Notes under the pieces: generated by a model
The model's input: the letters and a program-made list of their open reading frames with translations, nothing else
The model's database searches: none
Told to the model about the DNA's origin: nothing
Made by a program: the position numbers and the translations under genes
Shown here: positions 1 through 9,823 of the stretch, piece after piece
Numbering within the stretch: the stretch's first letter is position 1
Layout: the number at the start of each line of letters is the position of its first letter
Assembly (NCBI GenBank): GCA_963751705.1
Contig: CAVVVN010000003.1
Span: 1,658,910 to 1,722,909 of the forward strand
Length of the DNA: 64,000 nucleotides
Reading direction: 5' to 3'
Source of the DNA: an uncultured Bacteroidales bacterium
Lineage (GTDB): Bacteria; Bacteroidota; Bacteroidia; Bacteroidales; GCA-2748055

Positions 1-588
1 GAAGGGTACCCGGGATGGAAAGACACCAACGAGCAGGAGGGATTGTACGCCTGCGATATCGATGGGGATGGGATAGACGATATTGTGGGAGGAGGTCGCT
101 GGTTCAAATACAATGGCCAGGGAGGATTCCTGGAAAATATCATTGATGCCAGCTATACCTTTACACGTTCTGTGGCGGGACAGTTCATTGAGGGAGGCCG
201 TCCGGAAGTGATCCTGCTGGCCGGAGATGGTCACGCTCCTATGTATCTTTATGAATACAAGAAGAAGGGCACCTGGGAGAAAAGCATGCTCATCCAGGAG
301 GTAGTGGACGGACATAGCATTGATGTGCTGGATTTCAATGGTGATGGGCACCTGGATATCTTCAGCGGTGAAATGGGCCTGAACGGAGGAAATCCCGATG
401 CCAGGATCCGCATCCTGCTGGGTGACGGAGCCGGGAATTTCGTGCATCACGTCGTTAGCAAGGGCATCGGCACCCATGAGAGCAAGATCGCTGACCTGGA
501 CGGGGACGGGGATTATGACATCCTTTCCAAACCCTATACCTGGAAAGCTCCGCGCCTGGACCTATTTATGAATGAAACCGAACAGTAA
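1..588 (+). CDS. FG-GAP/VCBS-type repeat protein; 5' end lies outside the window
   Basis: Frame 1 is stop-free from nt 1, so the listed TTG at 43 is probably internal. Three calcium-binding-like repeats (DIDGDGIDDIV, DFNGDGHLDIF, DLDGDGDYDIL) are typical of FG-GAP beta-propeller repeats. The stop overlaps the next start (TAATG). Confidence 0.6.
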   Translation, partial: EGYPGWKDTNEQEGLYACDIDGDGIDDIVGGGRWFKYNGQGGFLENIIDASYTFTRSVAGQFIEGGRPEVILLAGDGHAPMYLYEYKKKGTWEKSMLIQEVVDGHSIDVLDFNGDGHLDIFSGEMGLNGGNPDARIRILLGDGAGNFVHHVVSKGIGTHESKIADLDGDGDYDILSKPYTWKAPRLDLFMNETEQ

Positions 589-2258
589 TGAGAAGACCAA
601 AACGATTCACAATTGTTCTTTATTCCGGGCTACTGTCCCTGCTTTGGATGACCACGGGATGCAGCTCCCAGCAGGAAGCACCCAACATTGTTTTCATCCT
701 TGCCGATGATATGGGTTTTTCCGATCCGGGATGTTATGGGGCTGAGATCCTGAGAACCCCGAATATAGATGCACTGGCTGCCGGCGGACTTCGATTTACC
801 AACTTCTATAACACGGGCAGATGCTGGCCCACCCGTACCTCTCTGCTCTCTGGGTTCTATCCCCACCAGGTCCTCTCCGATCCTATGCCGGGCGTGGATT
901 ATACTGCATCGAGCGTGCTACCGGTCACATCCACCTGGTTCCCCACCATCCTGAAGGAGCATGGTTACAGCACCTATCATTCAGGCAAATGGCACATTGT
1001 GAGGAAGGTCCCGGAACAAAGCCAGATGAGCCACAGGGAGGTGGGATTCGATCGCTCTTACCGGACCGAAGATGGCAGGCACCTGCGTCCCCTTCACCTG
1101 TGGGAGGATGGCCTGGAGATCCCGGTGCCGGAGGAAGGAAGTGGTTATGAAGCATCTGTGGCCATTGTGGATCATGCCATCAAGTACCTGGAAGAGCATA
1201 AACAGAATCGCGAAGGTGAACCCTTTTTCGAATACATCGCCTTCATCGCACCCCACTTCCCGCTCCAGGCCGTGCAGGAGGATATTGATTTGTACCGGGA
1301 GAAATTTCTGGCGGGATGGGATGAGATCCGGAGACTCCGCAGCGAAAACAGGAAAGAACTGGGGTTTGAAGTGCATGAGGTAAATCCCCTGGAGCCGGAA
1401 CGTTTCGCTCCCTGGAACCTGAGCCCTGAAGAGTTGATTACCCAGATTGATTCCGCTGAGATCGGGCGTGCCGTTCCCTGGAAGGAACTCACAGAAAAAC
1501 AAAAGGAGTTCCAGGCCACCAAGATGGCCATACATGCGGCCATGGTAAGCCGAATGGACCGGGAAATTGGCCGCTATATAGAAGCTTTAAAAAAGCTGGG
1601 ATATTTCGAGAATACGATCATCTTTTTCTGCTCCGATAACGGCGCCAGTACCGAGATCATGAACCGGGCCGATAAACATACCATCGGCGCACCTGCCGGT
1701 TCGGCAGATAGCTATCTCTGCCTGGGACCCGGATGGTCCTCGGCTGCCAATACCCCTTTCCGCCTGCATAAAACCTGGGTGCATGAGGGTGGTATTGCAA
1801 CGCCCCTGGTGGTACACTGGCCTGAAGGGATCAAGGAAACCAGTGCCTTCAGGTCCATGCCTGCACATATCATCGACATTGCCCCCACCCTGCTGGAACT
1901 GGCCGGTGCCGATCCCGCTGAGCTAAATGGAAGGGTGGAAGCTCCCGGAATCAGTCTTGTACCCTTCCTGGCTGAAGATCTTCGGACCGAAAGACCTCCT
2001 ATCTTTTTTCACCACGAAAAGAAAAAAGCACTCAGACAGGGCGACTGGAAGATCACCACCATTGAGGAAGGCGGAAAATGGGAGCTCTATGATCTTTCTG
2101 TGGACCGCGGAGAGACCAACGACCTTGCCGACCAAAATCCCGAGAAACTGCAGGAGTTGATCTCACTCTGGAAGGCTCAGAGAAACCTGATCGTTGAGCA
2201 GCTTGGCGCTGTCAGCCTGAGTGATGAATCGATAATACAAAACAATGATCCCCTTTAA
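588..2258 (+). CDS. Cys-type (formylglycine) sulfatase, lipoprotein
   Basis: Leader with lipobox (TTGCSS). N-terminal PNIVFILADDMGFSD. Active-site signature C-x-P-x-R in NTGRCWPTRTSLLSG. Typical S1 sulfatase length of 556 aa. Confidence 0.9.
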   Translation: MRRPKRFTIVLYSGLLSLLWMTTGCSSQQEAPNIVFILADDMGFSDPGCYGAEILRTPNIDALAAGGLRFTNFYNTGRCWPTRTSLLSGFYPHQVLSDPMPGVDYTASSVLPVTSTWFPTILKEHGYSTYHSGKWHIVRKVPEQSQMSHREVGFDRSYRTEDGRHLRPLHLWEDGLEIPVPEEGSGYEASVAIVDHAIKYLEEHKQNREGEPFFEYIAFIAPHFPLQAVQEDIDLYREKFLAGWDEIRRLRSENRKELGFEVHEVNPLEPERFAPWNLSPEELITQIDSAEIGRAVPWKELTEKQKEFQATKMAIHAAMVSRMDREIGRYIEALKKLGYFENTIIFFCSDNGASTEIMNRADKHTIGAPAGSADSYLCLGPGWSSAANTPFRLHKTWVHEGGIATPLVVHWPEGIKETSAFRSMPAHIIDIAPTLLELAGADPAELNGRVEAPGISLVPFLAEDLRTERPPIFFHHEKKKALRQGDWKITTIEEGGKWELYDLSVDRGETNDLADQNPEKLQELISLWKAQRNLIVEQLGAVSLSDESIIQNNDPL

Positions 2259-2304
2259 TGAGCTCTGAAGATCGACTGCTAACAGCCATTCAATACTGAA
2301 TCTG

Positions 2305-3384
2305 TTGAAACCTTTGCCGATGACGCCAGGAAATGCACCTATTAATGACCAAAAGCTGCGAATAAACAGGATCCTTCTTGTGGTGGCAGTATCCTGGATT
2401 TTTGCCGGCTGCTCAAAGCCCGGCTATGAGTTTGAATTTATGGAAGTAAATACCCCTGGGACAACTTCACTACGGGCCATCTGTGCCGTGGACGAAAACA
2501 CAGTCTGGGTTTCGGGAAGTATGGGCCGGGTATTCTTAAGTTCAAATGGTGGAAAAAGCTGGAAACAGCGATCGGTACCGGATTGCGAGAATACCGAATT
2601 CAGAAGTCTGCATGCCTGGGATGCCTTACGCGCCCTGGTATTTGATGTCTCTCCGGAAGGAAGAGCATTCCTCACCCTGGATGGGGGCTTTCACTGGGAG
2701 AAAGTGTATCAAAGCCCGGTAAAAGGGGCTTTTTTTAACTCTCTTAAATTTGCAGATGATAGGCTGGGAATGGCCATTAGCGATCCCATTGATGAGCGGA
2801 TATTTATACTAAAAACGGTGGATGGAGGCCGGAGCTGGATCCGTCTGGAAAACACCCCTCCCTCGGAAAAGGGAGAGATCAATTTTGCTGCCTCCAATAC
2901 CTGTGTGGAATACCTCTCCTCAGGGGAAGTTTTTATTGTTACCGGGGGGAGCCGATCCCGGATATTAAGCAGCAAGGATCATGGAAAGAGTTGGGAGTTT
3001 ACTGAAACATCTGCCCTGAAAGGAGAATCGGCCGGACTATTTTCAGTAAATTTTCTGAATCCAAAGACTGGAGTGGCCGTGGGAGGAGATTTTAATGATC
3101 CGGCAAGAGAAGGGGTCAGGGCCATTTATACCATAGATGGCGGAGTACGCTGGTCCCGGGCAGACAGTATGCCGGCAGAGTATCGCTCCTGTGTGGTCTC
3201 TGTAAATGAAAAGCTCCTTTTTGCTGTTGGGAAAACAGGATGTGACTATTCTGCGGACCGGGGAAGAAACTGGACCTTTATCAATTCCAGGGGGTACTAT
3301 GCCGCCTCAGCTGTAAAGCGTAAAAACATGCTCTTTCTTTGCGGTTCGGAAGGCAGAGTGGCAAAAGTTATCGTTCGAAAATGA
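2305..3384 (+). CDS. BNR/Asp-box beta-propeller protein (Ycf48-like), lipoprotein
   Basis: Six Asp-box-like motifs: SSNGGKSW, TLDGGFHW, TVDGGRSW, SKDHGKSW, TIDGGVRW, SADRGRNW. Lipobox FAGCS. The ORF opens with TTG at 2305; an ATG at 2320 is an alternative start. Confidence 0.7.
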   Translation: MKPLPMTPGNAPINDQKLRINRILLVVAVSWIFAGCSKPGYEFEFMEVNTPGTTSLRAICAVDENTVWVSGSMGRVFLSSNGGKSWKQRSVPDCENTEFRSLHAWDALRALVFDVSPEGRAFLTLDGGFHWEKVYQSPVKGAFFNSLKFADDRLGMAISDPIDERIFILKTVDGGRSWIRLENTPPSEKGEINFAASNTCVEYLSSGEVFIVTGGSRSRILSSKDHGKSWEFTETSALKGESAGLFSVNFLNPKTGVAVGGDFNDPAREGVRAIYTIDGGVRWSRADSMPAEYRSCVVSVNEKLLFAVGKTGCDYSADRGRNWTFINSRGYYAASAVKRKNMLFLCGSEGRVAKVIVRK

Positions 3385-3840
3385 GTGAAGCATATGAGTT
3401 CCCAACCAATAAACAACTTGCGATTACAGGAGACACTTCATAGCTTTATCCGGGAAAGACTCACTGACTCCAGGGTGTATATCCATTTTACCGGAGAAAG
3501 GTCTGTATCGGAAAAAATTATGCGTGAAGGATTCAGGTATAGTGATTCTTTCGATAAGACTGCCGTAGAAATCTCTTCATCAAAAATTGATATTAAATAC
3601 AAATACCAGCTTTACCGGGATTATGGAAGCTTCCTGATTGTCATTTGCATCCCGCTCAAGTGCTTTGAAACCCACAAGTCCAGAGGCATTGATACCAAGC
3701 AGGATACTCTGTTCAACCTGGGATTGAGTAAGTTGGATCTCCAGGAGGAACTGGAATATCAGCTGGCTCCAAAATATATATTGGGCTACATAGACCTGGA
3801 GGAAAACCGAATATTCAAAAACGAAAATTATTCAGAGTAA
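3385..3840 (+). CDS. hypothetical protein with no recognisable motif
   Basis: 151-codon ORF that fills the gap between neighbouring genes. It starts at GTG 3385 or ATG 3394. No signal peptide and no motif I recognise. Confidence 0.4.
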   Translation: MKHMSSQPINNLRLQETLHSFIRERLTDSRVYIHFTGERSVSEKIMREGFRYSDSFDKTAVEISSSKIDIKYKYQLYRDYGSFLIVICIPLKCFETHKSRGIDTKQDTLFNLGLSKLDLQEELEYQLAPKYILGYIDLEENRIFKNENYSE

Positions 3841-3853
3841 TGAAAAAAAAGCG

Positions 3854-5520
3854 TTGCTATTCAATTCCGTCCTCCTCTTGCTTATAATGGCTTTCGATAC
3901 TCCCGGAGTGGCAGCCATGGAATATCATGTTTCAAAAACAGGAAATGATTCCAACCCGGGTACCATTACAGAACCTTTCCCAAGCATCTCTCAGGCAGCC
4001 AAAATCGCTGTGCCGGGAGATACAATAACGGTGCATGCCGGTACCTACCGGGAATTGGTTAATCCTGCACGCGGGGGAAAGAATGACGCAGAAAGAATCG
4101 TCTACCGGGCTGCCCCGGGAGAAAAGGCCGAGATAAAGGGATCTGAGGTGATCACGGACTGGGAAAATCTTGGAGATGGTATCTGGAAGGTGATCCTGCC
4201 AAACTCTTTTTTCAAAGATTATAATCCCTACAAGGATTCGGTTTTCGGCGACTGGTTTTATGATATGGGCCGGATACATCACACCGGGGAGGTGTTCTTA
4301 AATGGAAAATCTCTCTTTGAAAAAGAATCCCTGGATCTGGTGTATAAGCCTGTCCCCTATACCAGCATAAAAGAGACTCTGGGCTCCACCTATACCTGGT
4401 ACTGCGAAAGTGATGAAGAAAACACCATCATCTGGGCAAATTTTCACCAGCACCATCCAAATCAGGAGCTAACCGAAATAAGTGTACGATGAAGCTGTTT
4501 CTATCCGGAAGAACCAGGAATCAATTACCTGACTATCAACGGATTTTATTTCAGTCAGGCGGCCACCCAGTGGGCTGCCCCGACGGCCGAACAGGTGGGC
4601 ATGATCTCTACCCACTGGAATAAGGGATGGATCATTGAAAACAACGTGATCAGTGGCTCCAAATGTTCCGGAATTACGCTTGGAAAAGAGCGGGGATCCG
4701 GTTATAATGTATGGTCGGCCGATATCGAAAACGTGAACAATGATGGAAATATTCACTACATCGAGGTGATCTTCAAGGTCCTGAGAAAGGGCTGGAACAA
4801 GGAGCACGTTGGTTCCCATATTGTCAGAAACAATACCATCTCTAATTGCGAGCAGACGGGGATTTGCGGAAACATGGGAGCAGCCTTCAGTATCATTGAA
4901 AACAATCATATCTACAACATCTGGACAAAAAGGCAATTTACGGGAGCTGAAATCGGAGGAATTAAACTACATGCCCCTGTGGATGCCCTGATTAAGCGAA
5001 ACCGGATACACGATACTGGAAGGGGCCTGTGGCTGGACTGGATGACACAGGGAACCCGGGTAACACAAAACATTTTCTATAACAATGACCTGGAAGACCT
5101 GTTTATCGAGGTGAACCATGGTCCCTACCTGGTGGATAACAATATTTTTCTCTCCTCCCATTCCCTGAAAATTCAGTCCGAAGGAGGTGCTTTTGTGCAT
5201 AATCTGATATGCGGCATTGTTTATACCTGGCCGGAACCCAATCGCTTTACCCCCTATTTCCTGCCTCACTCCACTGATATTAAGGGACTGACAACCATAT
5301 TTGGAGGTGATGACCGGTATTATATCAACATCAGGTCGATATTGTTACCACAGAGATACTGGGAGAAGCTAAAATCCCCAAGGCCCTCTTTGATCTTCCG
5401 GACGGTTCACCGCTAAGAATTGACCGCGATTACTTCGGATCCATCCGGACCGCTGATAAAAATCATACCGGACCCTTCTCTGCCATAAATAAGGGAAAGG
5501 TTGTCCTGGGGGTCTGGTAA
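3854..5520 (+). pseudogene. right-handed parallel beta-helix protein (DUF1565/pectate-lyase-fold type), disrupted
   Basis: ORFs 3854-4492 and 4595-5416 are in the same frame, separated by a single in-frame TGA (4490-4492). The codons between them read on sensibly (SCFYPEEPGINYLTINGFYFSQAATQWAAPTAEQ). Beta-helix motifs are present: SKTGNDSNPGT..PF.SI..A, and repeated NN.I/N.I turns. Near 5325-5340 the sensible reading moves to frame 1, a start-less stop-free stretch 5314-5517 ending ...LRIDRDYFGSIRTADKNHTGPFSAINKGKVVLGVW. Confidence 0.65.
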
Positions 5521-5550
5521 GAGATTCCAAAAAAAACCAGCTGGCTACCC

Positions 5551-7332
5551 CTACTTATAGAGCGGGCCGTAGGCTTCACAGGCCCGGTAGTCGGCACCTT
5601 CCTTATCCATCCCAAAGGCTGACCAGGAGCTGGGCCTGAAGATCTTCTCTTCGGGAACATTGTGCATGCAGACCGGGATTCGAAGCATAGAAGCCAGGGC
5701 CATCAACCTGGAGCCCAGGTGTCCATAGGAGAAGGCTCCATGGTTGGCTCCCCAGTTTGCCATCACTGCATAGACATCCCTGAAGTTCCCTACCCCGGTC
5801 AAACGCGGTACAAACCATGTGGTGGGCCAGGTGGGGTTGGTGCGCTCGGTCAGAGTGTAATGCACCTCCTCAGGCAGGTCGATGGTATATCCTTCGGCGA
5901 TCTGTAGAGCCGGACCCAGGCCTTTAATGATATTAATCCGGCTCATGGTTATGGGCATCCCTCCCTTTGTATTGAAGGTGGAAGAGAAGCCCCCTCCCCG
6001 GAAATAACCCAGGTCAGCTGCTCCCCAGGTGGTACTGTCCAGGCACTTCTGTGCCTCCTCTTCACTAATTTCGTACCAGGCCTTCATGCCAGGCTTCCCG
6101 CCGATGGTCTGTTCGCCGGAGCCATCCAGAGCAGAGGGACCTGAATTGATCAGGTGGATAAATCCATTTTTCGCCTCCCCGGTAAGTTCATAGCCCGTTA
6201 CACGCTTCACCGCTTCCGGGCTCCAGTAGGTTCGGACATCGCTAAATACCTGAGCGGCGCCTGTCAGGAGGTGCCCAAACAACATGGAGACCCCGTTGAG
6301 GCTGTCGTTTTCGGTGGCCAGCATGTAAGGCTGACGAATTCCATTCCAGTCAAAGGAGGAACATAAAACCGCCTCCATAAAGTCTCCGTTGGGAAAATGG
6401 TCGGTCCATTGCCGCTGTCCCTGGAAGCCTGCTGCGATGGCATTGTGCCCCATGGCCTCCTCTCCGAAACCAAGCTCCTTCAATCTTGGATTCCCCACCA
6501 TAAGGTCGCGTCCGATCAGGGCCATTTTAGCAACAAAATCCCACTCTTCTGCCTTCTTTTCCGGCGACTTTTGCTGTTCAGGCGGGTTGTAGTCTTTACC
6601 CTCCTTGCAATTTTCCCTGATCCATTCCTGAGCCAGTTTCAACTCCTCCGGGTCAAAAATACCCTCCTCGATTCTCCTGGTAAACTCGGACATATCCACA
6701 TATTCGCAACGCATGCCCAGGTACTCTTCAAAGAAATCTGCATCCACAATGGAGCCTGCTATTCCCATGGAAACGCTGCCCATGGAGAGGTAGGATCTCC
6801 CTTTCATTGTGGCTACAGCCAGACCGGCCTGAACAAAGGTCAGTATCTTCTCCTTCACATCTTCCGGAATGGAGGTATCGTCTGAATCCTGCACGTCCTT
6901 TCCATAGATACCAAAAGCAGGAAGGCCCTTCTGATTATGGCCTGCCAGGGCAGCGGCCAGATAGACAGCACCTGGCCGTTCCGTACCGTTAAATCCCCAA
7001 ATGGCCTTTGGAAGAAGAGGGTCCATATCAATGGTTTCGCTGCCATAGCACCAGCAGGGTGTTACGGTCAGGCTCACTCCCACCCCTGCCCGGGCAAATT
7101 TATCAGCAGTAGCGGCGGCCTCGGCTACCCCTCCGATACAACTATCTGCAATCACACATTCCACCTTTGAACCATCTGCATGCCTCAGATTCGATTCAAT
7201 TAGGGTAGCGGCGCTGCGGGCCATCTTCATGGTTTGTTCTTCCAGTGATTCCCTGACACCCTTTTGCCGTCCGTCAATGGCTGGCCTGATGCCCACTTTT
7301 GGGGCTTCTCCGATTAATCTTCCTTTAGTCAT
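5551..7332 (-). CDS. fucI: L-fucose isomerase
   Basis: The 593-aa product is collinear with E. coli FucI as I recall it. Shared segments: [87 protein letters not shown] and a C-terminal DYRAC..YGPLYK. Confidence 0.93.
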   Translation of the reverse strand: MTKGRLIGEAPKVGIRPAIDGRQKGVRESLEEQTMKMARSAATLIESNLRHADGSKVECVIADSCIGGVAEAAATADKFARAGVGVSLTVTPCWCYGSETIDMDPLLPKAIWGFNGTERPGAVYLAAALAGHNQKGLPAFGIYGKDVQDSDDTSIPEDVKEKILTFVQAGLAVATMKGRSYLSMGSVSMGIAGSIVDADFFEEYLGMRCEYVDMSEFTRRIEEGIFDPEELKLAQEWIRENCKEGKDYNPPEQQKSPEKKAEEWDFVAKMALIGRDLMVGNPRLKELGFGEEAMGHNAIAAGFQGQRQWTDHFPNGDFMEAVLCSSFDWNGIRQPYMLATENDSLNGVSMLFGHLLTGAAQVFSDVRTYWSPEAVKRVTGYELTGEAKNGFIHLINSGPSALDGSGEQTIGGKPGMKAWYEISEEEAQKCLDSTTWGAADLGYFRGGGFSSTFNTKGGMPITMSRINIIKGLGPALQIAEGYTIDLPEEVHYTLTERTNPTWPTTWFVPRLTGVGNFRDVYAVMANWGANHGAFSYGHLGSRLMALASMLRIPVCMHNVPEEKIFRPSSWSAFGMDKEGADYRACEAYGPLYK

Positions 7333-7338
7333 GGTATT

Positions 7339-8805
7339 TCATGTTTTTAGTGTTAAATATCTCCTGTATCGCTCTTCTGTTCCCTGGGCTGTGGCTGCAG
7401 GCGGGTATCTTTTAACCTTGCAGGACTTTCTCACCAGTTTCCTCCCCTCCTGAAGGTCTTCTAACTTGTCCATTGCAATTGCCTGAATCAATGCATTGCC
7501 CATAGCCGCTCCCTCCACCGGCCCTGAAATTACCTCCCGTTCACATATAGACGCAATTCGCTGACAAAGATAGTCCGACTGACTTCCCCCTCCCACCAGG
7601 TGCAGCACCTGGATGGGTTTCTGAGATAATATTTCCAGTTGCTCGATATGGTATCTGAATGAAAAGCAAAGACTGTCATAGGCACAGCGGATATAGTCGC
7701 TGAGCCGCTCTGGCCGAAGCTGTCCTGTTTTTTCAAAGTAGGTGTCAAAAGCCGCCTTCATGGAATCCGGGTTATAAAATCCCGGATCATCGGGGTCAAT
7801 TACCTGGCTTACAGGATCCTCTGACTGTACCATCTCTTCCATCTGAGCATAGGACACCTCGGCGCTAAAGTGCTTCCTTAGTCCCTGCAGCAACCAGAGG
7901 CCCACAATATTTTTTAAGGAACGGTAGCTGTTCCCGAAAGCTCTTTCGTTGGTAATTCCCAGCTGCAGAGCTTCCTGGCTTATCAGTGGGTGTAGCGACT
8001 CGATTCCCACGATGCACCAGGTACCGGCCGAAATAAATGCGTAGTTGGGATTCTCCACCGGTAAGGCAGCCACCACGCATGCCGTATCGTGGCCGCATAC
8101 TGCCACACACTGCATCTGGTTTTTCCTCAGCTCCTTCCTGATAACCGGCCCGAGTATGGTACCTGCTTGCACGACTTCACCCAGTTTATTCTCATCCAGG
8201 TTCAGCTTCTCTAAAATTTTTTCGTCCCAGGTGTCAGATTCCACGGCAAGCAGTTGCGAGGTGGAAGAGATTGTCAGCTCGTTAGCCGCTTTACCCGATA
8301 GCTGGTAGTTAAGGTAGGAGGGTATAAATAGGATTTTTGAGCTTCTTTGAATAGCCCGGGAATCTTTGATGGAAAGCAGCTGAAACAGGCTGTTAAAAAT
8401 GTAGAAGTTGATGCCGGTGCGAGTGAAGGTTTCAAACTCGGACATCAGCTTTTTCCATTTATCCTGCATCCCTTCAGTGCGACTGTCCCTGTAGGCTACC
8501 GGGGTGTCCACCAGATCACCGTGCCGGTCCAACAACACAAAATCGACTCCCCAGGCATCGACCCCCACGCTTTGAGGAGGCAGACCGGAGCTCTCTATGG
8601 CCATTAAAATTCCTGAAATAATCTCCTTGATTATCAGATCCATATCCCAGGTATCGCGTCCATCCTGAACCCTGATCTCATTCCTGAATCTGTGGATCTC
8701 CTCCAGCGATATGATACCCCCTCTAAAGCTGGCAAGCATCACCCGGACACTTCCTGCCCCCATATCCACTGCAATGCAGCTAAAATCTTCTCCTGTTCCC
8801 TTCAT
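7339..8805 (-). CDS. rhaB: FGGY-family sugar kinase of the rhamnulokinase (RhaB) type; may act on L-fuculose or L-rhamnulose
   Basis: 488 aa. RhaB-like segments: AVDMGAGSVRVML, EIHRF.N, VDAWGVDFVLLD, PVAYRDSRT, LKNIVGLWLLQ, HLVGGGSQ, GPVEGAAMGN. It lies 6 nt upstream of fucI on the same strand. Confidence 0.7.
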   Translation of the reverse strand: MKGTGEDFSCIAVDMGAGSVRVMLASFRGGIISLEEIHRFRNEIRVQDGRDTWDMDLIIKEIISGILMAIESSGLPPQSVGVDAWGVDFVLLDRHGDLVDTPVAYRDSRTEGMQDKWKKLMSEFETFTRTGINFYIFNSLFQLLSIKDSRAIQRSSKILFIPSYLNYQLSGKAANELTISSTSQLLAVESDTWDEKILEKLNLDENKLGEVVQAGTILGPVIRKELRKNQMQCVAVCGHDTACVVAALPVENPNYAFISAGTWCIVGIESLHPLISQEALQLGITNERAFGNSYRSLKNIVGLWLLQGLRKHFSAEVSYAQMEEMVQSEDPVSQVIDPDDPGFYNPDSMKAAFDTYFEKTGQLRPERLSDYIRCAYDSLCFSFRYHIEQLEILSQKPIQVLHLVGGGSQSDYLCQRIASICEREVISGPVEGAAMGNALIQAIAMDKLEDLQEGRKLVRKSCKVKRYPPAATAQGTEERYRRYLTLKT

Positions 8806-8859
8806 TACAGATTCCTGTAAATCGCTTATGCAATATAGCCAGGATAGGGATTCGGTTAA

Positions 8860-9819
8860 ATGGAAAAATATCCTAGATTTGTGTACAAATCAAACATTCA
8901 TCTGATGTTCCGTTTTCAGGAAATCCCCCCGGAAGGGGATCCGTCCAGCAGAATTCAGGAATTCCAGGAAGTGCTGCCCAGGCTTTTATGCTGCAGGTAT
9001 TGGTGGATGAAAGAATGGAAAAGTCAGCAAATGGCTTTCCCTTTCTGGAGGCTCTACTGGAATAAATCGGGCCGGGCCAAGGTTGTGTACAATAGAACGA
9101 CCTACCTGGAGCCGGATAAAATAGTGCTGATCCCTCCCAACACTCCTTTTTCCTCGGATATTGAAGGGACAAGGGTAAATCCGGACCAGCCCTACTCTCT
9201 CAGGGGTGGTCGTGTGGAGAGCCGGGAAATGGAAGAGGAGATGGCCGGCAAAGGAACGGTACTCCACCTGTTTATTCACTTTACATTGGGGTATCCCTAC
9301 GACACCATCACGCCGGAGATTTTTGTTTTCGATAAACTCGCCACTCAGGACTACCTGATCGAAGCCATTACCCACCAGCTTATGGAAGGCCAGGTAGTTT
9401 TCGACCAGGCGGACAGCCTGGACTTATACTCCCTCCTCTTTTCTCTGTTGTTCCAGCTGCCCTCCCACGTCTGGAACAAGCGGAAACTGGATGCCAGGGT
9501 GATCCGTGGTATCAGGTACATGGAGCAACATATCATGGAGATAGAGATATCGAACAGGACCCTGGCAAGCAAAGGCGGGATGTCGGTAAATGCCTATGCC
9601 CGGTTATTCAAAGACCAGACAGGATTTTCCCCACGCAAATATCTCTCCCGTATGCGTGTGGAGAAAGCATGTAACTTACTGCATCACAGCGACCTGTCCA
9701 TTGAGCAGATAGCGGCTGCCTGCGGATTTGCGGATCGTTACTACTTTACCAGGGTTTTCTCCCAGAACATGTATACCTCCCCGGGAGCCTACAGGAAGAA
9801 CAGTGTTTTAGGTAGCTGA
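8860..9819 (+). CDS. AraC-family transcriptional regulator (RhaR-like architecture)
   Basis: C-terminal double HTH (YARLFKDQTGFSPRKYLSRMRVEKACNLLHHSDLSIEQIAAACGFADRYYFTRVFSQ). Divergent from the kinase-fucI operon across a 54-nt spacer. Confidence 0.85.
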   Translation: MEKYPRFVYKSNIHLMFRFQEIPPEGDPSSRIQEFQEVLPRLLCCRYWWMKEWKSQQMAFPFWRLYWNKSGRAKVVYNRTTYLEPDKIVLIPPNTPFSSDIEGTRVNPDQPYSLRGGRVESREMEEEMAGKGTVLHLFIHFTLGYPYDTITPEIFVFDKLATQDYLIEAITHQLMEGQVVFDQADSLDLYSLLFSLLFQLPSHVWNKRKLDARVIRGIRYMEQHIMEIEISNRTLASKGGMSVNAYARLFKDQTGFSPRKYLSRMRVEKACNLLHHSDLSIEQIAAACGFADRYYFTRVFSQNMYTSPGAYRKNSVLGS

Positions 9820-9823
9820 AAAT

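Noticed and set aside
4490-4492. In-frame TGA in the beta-helix gene as a selenocysteine or programmed read-through codon
   Set aside because: I could not fold a convincing SECIS-like stem-loop from the 40-50 nt downstream; there is only a weak imperfect GTTTCT/AGAAC pairing. The protein family is not a known selenoprotein family. The same gene carries a second lesion near 5330, so a nonsense mutation or a sequencing error is more parsimonious.
5529-5544. A8 run followed by the palindrome CCAGCTGG between the convergent beta-helix pseudogene and fucI; a possible bidirectional intrinsic terminator
   Set aside because: An 8-bp palindrome cannot form a stable hairpin with a loop of realistic size, and no longer GC-rich stem is visible. 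I did not list it as a terminator.
8805-8820. Inverted repeat TTACAG-ATTC-CTGTAA abutting the kinase start codon in the AraC/kinase divergent spacer
   Set aside because: The arms are short (6 bp) and AraC-family sites are usually direct repeats. It may be fortuitous or a minor mRNA hairpin. I do not call it a feature.
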